Origin: the human T2T-CHM13v2.0 reference genome, Homo sapiens
Length of the DNA: 64,000 nt
Direction: 5' to 3' (one strand)
Assembly: GCF_009914755.1 (NCBI RefSeq)
Contig: NC_060934.1
Below are positions 57,174 to 64,000 of this stretch, one piece after another; position 1 is the stretch's first letter; each line of letters begins with the position of its first letter. The position numbers and the translations under genes were made by a program. The notes below the pieces were generated by a model, which worked only from the letters and a program-made list of their open reading frames with translations, made no database searches and was not told the DNA's origin.

Positions 57174-57365
57174 TATTGGTATATACAAAACAGTTAATGA
57201 TTAACAACCAGCTATCAGATAAGTAGCCCTGATTTGTAGCACTGGCACTTTCCATACTGTAAATGCTCCCAGCATGGCTGCAAATGTGAGATCACTGAAC
57301 TCAGAGTTTGAAAGAGAAACCCACAATTGGCCCTCAAGCAAGTCTCAGCTGACTTTCCACCTCCA
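57174..57365. mobile_element. MER63A-like hAT DNA transposon
   Basis: ttaacaaccagct...agccctgatttgtagc...tgtaaatgctcccagcatggc...tcactgaactcagagtt. Confidence 0.7.
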
Positions 57366-57719
57366 ACAACCCACAGTTTTAAGTTACAGATTTAAAATGT
57401 TGTGAAAATGAGCATCCTTCTTTATCATTTGTGGAAGTGTGATATGTCACAACACTTTGAAAAATAATATAGCATTATCTACTAAGATTAAAAAGTATGT
57501 GAATATATATGTACAAATACACATACACATATACACATATATATGCATACATATAATTTTCTCAAAGCAATTCCATTTTTAATTACTGATTTTTAAACAG
57601 TAAAGTACCAGTATTTTAGTGATTTATATAATACTGTAATAATGTCTCAATATATTTCAAGCATTAGTCTAAGTACTTTTTTGTTTGCTAACTAGCTAAT
57701 TGTAACCAGAACAATGTGG

Positions 57720-57850
57720 TATGTTTTATTAATATACCCATTTTACTGGTTAGGAAATTAACATACAAAGCATGCCCCAAATCACACAGCCAGTAAATGG
57801 CTGAACTGAGATTTGAACTCAGGTGACATAATTCACTACACTCACTGCCT
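57720..57850 (-). mobile_element. MIR SINE
   Basis: tcacacagccagtaaatggctgaactgagatttgaactcagg. Confidence 0.75.
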
Positions 57851-58974
57851 CTCTTGAACATCATGAGGGTAGATATCAATTTGGTGCCAAAAACAAATGA
57901 TCAAATAAACAAAAACGGAGTATTGTTGAATCAATGGTGATCCATTATTATTATCTTACATTATGTAGCTATTAAAATTATTTGTTCTTAAAACTTTTAA
58001 AAATGCTTAAAATGTTATAACTTTCTATATTTAACATTTCATTGTGTACTGTATGACTTAAGTTTATAACAAAAACTGTTATTGCATTTAAATTCAAATG
58101 TTCATTCGACTTCTTCCTAATGCTATTCCTTCCTTTTGATGATTCACATATGTACTTCTGTTTTATAACTTTATCCCTGAAATGCTAAAAACTTGTCACT
58201 ACCTCAGTGATGAGTAGTCCATCATGTTGGATAGAAGTTGTTCCAGATGTCTTTATAAATATTTTAAAACTAGACACCAATTCAGAATCTTTTACCTTGC
58301 ATTTCTATTAAAAAATTATATCTTTTTAATTGCATGATAAAAAAAACTAGCTTACAAATACCTTCCACAGCAATCTGACTTCATAAAAAAGACATTCTAC
58401 CTTTTCTTCACATCTTCAGTTAAATAGAAAAAAGAATTTTCTGTGTTTTTGAAAAACTCTGAGTGGCCCTCCCTAATACATTTTACTTTTCCCCATATCC
58501 ACCGTTTTCACTCTGGTCTATGTTACATGACATTAAAATATATACACACATACAGACACACACATAATACATATAACATATTATAATATATAATTATAAT
58601 ATATAAAATAATAAATCATTTTTAAAATCTGAAGAAATATAAATAAAAGCTTACAAACTTAGCTTCAAAAATTAGATCTATATGCCTATCTACATATTTC
58701 TATCTACATATCCCTAATTATATATCTATCTAGGTATCTATCTATACACATACACATTCTGTGTCAGGTGATATATCTCTAAGAAAGGCAAGAAAATGAC
58801 AAGTTTGTGACACATTTTTTCATGTTAACTTCTTCAGAACAGCTAATTGAGGTTATTTTCATTTTAGCATTCCCTGCTATCTATCTGTTCTGCTGTATGA
58901 GCAAGATTACAACGCTTAGGAGTCATTAAAGGCACAGGATGGCTTCAGAGTATAGCTGCTTTAAAAAAGAAAAG

Positions 58975-59480
58975 GCTATTAATTTAGAGCAGTTTTAGGT
59001 TTATAGAAAAATTGAGAGGAAGGTATATACACCATGTCTCCACACGTGCACATCCTCCCCACTTACAACATCCCTAATCAAAGTTGTACATTGGTTACAA
59101 TTGATGAATCTACATTGAACAATGATAATCACCAAAGTTCATCCTTTACATTAAAGATCACTGTTGGTGTTGTACATTCTATGGGAATGGACAAATGTAT
59201 AATGATATCTATCCAACTTCATGGTACCATCCAGAGTATTTTCACTGACCTAAAAATATTTCATGATCCTTCTATTAATCCCTTTCTACCTGCCTTTACC
59301 ACCATATCCCTGACATCCACTGATCTTTATACTATTTCCCCAGCTTTGCCTTACCAGAATGTTATATATTGGAATCATCCAGTATGTAGCCTTTTCTTAA
59401 TGGTTTATTTTGCTTATAAGTATGCATTCAAGATTTCTCCATACTTTTTATATCTTTATGCCTCATTTCTTAACGGTTAT
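58975..59480 (-). mobile_element. L1MC/L1MD-type 3' end fragment
   Basis: tttagagcagttttaggtttatagaaaaattgag...gttacaattgatgaatctacattga...ggtgttgtacattctatggg. Confidence 0.85.
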
Positions 59481-60064
59481 TTCAAAAACGTAAGCTTGTC
59501 ACTTAATATGGGACTTTTTATATGACCTCCCCTTCTAGCTTTTTTCTCAAGGGGTACTCCCATTCATCTTGCTAAGAAAAGAAAAATGTTTTCAGGTCAT
59601 CAGTGTGCCCAGTCTCAGGATATGAACTATACATAGTATAATTCAGAAGTGAATACCGCATATCCCTTTGACACATATGGACTTCCTCAACCTTCGTTCC
59701 TATTATGCTGACACAGGTGATACAAGTCTGGAAGGAGATGTTGGATGGGAGAGAACTCTGAAGAGAGTATCTTCCCAGATAAAAGAAGGAAGAATCAATA
59801 AACGTAAAAGAAATCCTAGTTTTGCTACCCTTTCTGCCTGTTGCATTCAGACTTGAAATGCAGTTGTGATGCTTATGGCCATGGTACACAAATACCTCCC
59901 AGCTGATAAGGCATTGGGAAAATAACCACATTCCAGAGAAGAGGGAAGTATTAAGGATGGAAGGAACCTAAGTCCCTGGTGATATAATTGAACTGTCAAA
60001 CCAAACATTGAGCCGCATAATTCCAGAAATTTTATTAAACTTCCACTAATAATAACTATAATAA

Positions 60065-60170
60065 ATGTCTATGTTTTATAAGCATATAAGCATGTCTATG
60101 TTATATAAGCATGTAAGGATATCTATGTTTTATAAGTATATAAACCATGTCTGTGTTTTACAAGCATATG
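60065..60170. repeat. Minisatellite, four diverged units of about 27 bp
   Basis: Consensus atgtctatgttttataagcatataagc. Confidence 0.88.
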
Positions 60171-60299
60171 TTTGGATGTCCTGTTATTGTTATCTACATA
60201 CATTAGCATAAACTTCAGTTATGGGAATATTAGCTGATATCTAGTGAACAATTACTCAATAAATGATAGCCATGAGGAAGAACACGACCAATTAGGCAA

Positions 60300-60485
60300 T
60301 GATTCTTTGCCTTTAGTGTACCTTAGAATTCCCTGAAGAGCTAATTAAAAATGCAGATATTCCACTTCCATCATCTGAGATTTTTATTCAGAACATCTGA
60401 GGTAGGGTCCAGAAATATGTATATTTAATACACACCCAAGGTGATTCTGCTGCTCTTAATTTGCAGGATCCTACTTTGAAAAATA
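60300..60485. mobile_element. MER5-type hAT DNA transposon
   Basis: ttagaattccctgaagagctaattaaaaatgcagat...aaggtgattctgctgct...ctactttgaaaaa. Confidence 0.7.
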
Positions 60486-60697
60486 TTTCAGTATAGTCTA
60501 AAAAGGTTGGATAATGGGTAATACATATGAATAATTTAGAGGTCAAAGAATATAGTGAATAAAAACAACCTATTCTATCCCTTTCTCCATCTATAAGAGT
60601 ATTATATATGAACACCAAGGGCAGGAGTGCCCTGATGAAGAAGTGAGTGACACAGAGCTCTCCAAGAGTATCTGATACATTTTGGATGAGTTTTTTA

Positions 60698-60862
<165 letters not shown>

Positions 60863-61326
60863 TTAAAGATACAGACTTCAGATTATTTGAATGTAAGATG
60901 AATTAATAACTCAATATTTTGGATTAATCCTCTTGGAAGTTAGAGATGACATGCTTATCATCTGAAAATAGAATGACTATAAGCTTCAGAGTCAATATTG
61001 TTATCATACTTCCAAACATTTAATTTTGATCAATGGGTTTCCCCAGAGTCCTTTGGTAATAATAACCAGAAAATTTGTTTCTTGTCATAGTTTTTAATAT
61101 ATTATTAGTATTATTCATCAACAGTCTTGGAATAGTTCTAAATCAAAGTCCAGGTATCTGAAAAACTTCCCTGTTACCACATTATCTTTTCACTGTGTTC
61201 TTTAACACCAAAGCATTCAAACACTGAAATCTGTTATTTCTACATAGTATCAATTGTCAACATTGATATCCATTCTGTATTTTAAGTATTTTTAAGTATT
61301 ATCTGGCATTAAATACAAAAAAAATA

Positions 61327-61674
61327 CAGTTACGAGTCACTTAGTGATGAGGTACATTCCGAGAAATGTGTTGTTAGGTGATTTTTGTCATTGTGTGACT
61401 ATTATAGAGTGTAGATTCACAAACCTAAAATGGTACAGCCTACTACATACTAGGACAAGTGATATAGCCTATGGCTCCTAGGCTACAAACCTGTACAGCA
61501 TGTCACTGTACTGAATGCTATAGGCAATTGTAACACAATGGTCAGTATTTTCTCTATAAATGTAATCTAAACATAGAAAAGGTATAGTAGAAATACAACA
61601 TTATAATTTTATGAGACCACCATTTGCTATGTGATATATCATTGACCAAAATGTCATTATGCAGAGCATGACTG
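61327..61674 (+). mobile_element. Tigger3a (MER7A) TcMar DNA transposon
   Basis: ta|cagttacgagtcactta...ttatgcagagcatgactg terminal repeats; internal gctcctaggctacaaacctgtacagcatg. Confidence 0.88.
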
Positions 61675-62104
61675 CGCGAACTTGAATCAGTTCATTATTG
61701 TGGAAAAAAAAATCCAGGTTATATATCAATTTTTTCTTTTAGGTTCCACAACTTCTGCTCATTAGTTAAGTTCTCTGCCCTGTCTAGGACTGAGTTTTTT
61801 CCTGGTAACATGGAAGTCATAAGGGCAACACTAGTGCTCTGGTATAAGCAGCCCTCAGTGTAACTGTATTCACACCTTAAGGGAGTATAATTTATAAGAT
61901 AAATCTCTTATTCTTAAGAAGACCTTATGTCACTTTTGTATTTTAGTGCCATTTTAAAGAATGATAAAATTGTTTCTAGTAGGCTCAATAACTCAGTGTT
62001 ATTTTGTTCACTGAAATTGTCTTGTGGTTGTTCAGTTGCCTTGTGTATTTGTGCTTGTGATTTTTTTGTGAAATATTTAGTTTGAATCTGCATTAGATTG
62101 CTGC

Positions 62105-62245
62105 AAAAGGAAGGAAAGAGAGGGAAAGAAAAATGAGGGGAAAAGGCAAGGGGAAGGAGAAGAGAAAGGGAAGGGGAAGTGTGGAAGAAGAAAAAAACTG
62201 TGTATGTGAGAGAGAAACAGAGAGAGAGAGGAAGAGAGAGAGAGT
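62105..62245. repeat. GA-rich low-complexity tract
   Basis: Purine run with (GA)n. Confidence 0.85.
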
Positions 62246-63373
62246 GTTCACACCCTCAACTTAGTGTAAGTGTATTCCTAAGAGTCACATAAGAAGTTAA
62301 ACTCAATGAAAAAAAAAAGCTGATTCAAATCTCTCAGCTCAGGCTCAATCAATGAAATGTGTGTAGTTTAGCCTTCCATGTCTAGAGCTGTGATCTGTCT
62401 CCTTTCTTTCTTTCTTTGTCTCTCTATCTCTCTTTCTCTCGGGGATGCATAAAGACACACACACTGTACATTTTGCAGAATTAATATATATTTTTAAATG
62501 ATTCATTCTGTGCTCCTCATGTAATGGGCCTTGCAAATCGTTCTTGGATGCAGTCATTTAAAAGTAACAATTTAAAATATAAATACAGAAAATGAAAATG
62601 AACAACACAATTAAAAACAGACATTTGACATTTTCCCTAATTTTTGGCCTATTCAACTTTGCTTATACCTATGAGTGGGGCTGGCATTATGACACAGGAG
62701 TGTGAAAATGATTGAATCTAAACATGTAAGTTGAATATGGGCAAAACCTTAGTTAATAATTGCTGTTTACACTGTTAAACTTATCCTAATGTGTTGTTAT
62801 GAGGTTATTACATTTTAGTGACTCAATAATATAGAAATATATATTGGTTTCTAGAATAAATATGGAAGATACTGTGGTCTTACCACAAAACTACCACATC
62901 TCTGGACTCAGAACCCCAAATTAGCTCACATATCTGGTGACATTGTGCCTCAGAGGAGGCTATGTCTCTAAATGAGATGAGTCTTGAATAGTCTAGCTTA
63001 AAAACAGTAATTCCATTCTCTTTTACCAGGAAGTATTTTGCAAATGTACATGTGATTCCATTTTGAGTAATGAAAAAATTTCTCTTAATTGCAAAGATAG
63101 AGAGAAGCTAAAAATCCCTTTTCAGGTTATAGAAGTTTCTGTCAGGATATAAAATTTAGAACTTCAGCAGCCATTTGGGGACTATTGATAAAATTAATTA
63201 CGGAGAAATAGCTAACATGCTAGTGATAGCAGAGTATAAAATAAAAAGAGCCCGGATCTGTGTTGTCTTTGAGTTGCTGAGCAAATCTTGATATTACCCC
63301 ATCTCTGAAAAACTTATTATGATAGATAATAAATTACCTTTTTGGTTAAATCATCTTTAATTTAGTTTTTTAC

Positions 63374-64000
63374 ATATATATAATATATATATAATCTATA
63401 TTATATATTATTATATATAATATATATATAATCTATATTATATATTATTATATATAATATATATATAATCTATATTATATATTATTATATATAATATATA
63501 TATAATCTATATTATATATTATTATATATAATATAATATAATATATATTATATATTATTATATATAATATAATATAATCTATATTATATATTATTATATA
63601 TAATATTATATAATCTATATTATATAATATTATATATAATATAATATAATCTATATTATATATTATTATATATAATATAATCTATATTATATATTATATA
63701 TAATATAATATAATCTATATTATATATTATATATAATATAATATAATCTATATTATATATTATATATAATATAATATAATCTATATTATATATTATATAT
63801 AATATAATATAATCTATATTATATATTATATATAATATAATATAATCTATATTATATATTATATATAATATAATATAATCTATATTATATATTATATATA
63901 ATATAATATAATCTATATTATATATTATATATAATATAATATAATCTATATTATATATTACTATATATAATATAATATAATCTATATTATATATTATTAT
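63374..64000. repeat. AT-rich minisatellite (37-bp then 33-bp units), truncated by the window edge
   Basis: The single C in ataatctatatt recurs at 63396, 63433, 63470, 63507 (period 37) and from 63682 to 63946 (period 33). Confidence 0.95.

Noticed and set aside
59034-59931. 163-aa and 119-aa ORFs
   Set aside because: They lie in an antisense L1M 3' fragment and probable MaLR sequence, with no domain or splice support.

Overview
AT-rich, repeat-dense primate DNA, almost certainly human (a human-type AluYa5 is present and the exon translations match human protocadherin-15 as I recall it). The window lies inside PCDH15 (Usher 1F/DFNB23 gene), transcribed on the minus strand. It holds two coding exons: 60743-60853 ([37 protein letters not shown]) and 48394-48564 ([57 protein letters not shown]), recalled as exons 7 and 8; the latter contains the R245 codon. 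The rest is intronic: a full-length but dead L1PA7-like LINE-1 (19.6-25.7 kb), an internally deleted HERV9/LTR12 provirus with both LTRs, PBS and 4-bp TSD (26.35-32.45 kb) carrying a young AluYa5, about ten other Alus, older L1/L2/MIR/MLT/MER fragments, microsatellites and an AT-rich minisatellite running off the right edge. Most entries in the ORF track are repeat-derived or chance ORFs. I found no support for a wholly new biological system. The best leads are local: an open ORF0 in the old L1 oriented with the host gene, repeat architecture around exon 8 that could affect its splicing or deletion, discordant enhancer arrays in the two LTRs, and a mosaic non-repeat duplication with skewed substitutions. 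Repeat subfamily names come from recalled consensus sequences and boundaries of old repeats are approximate.
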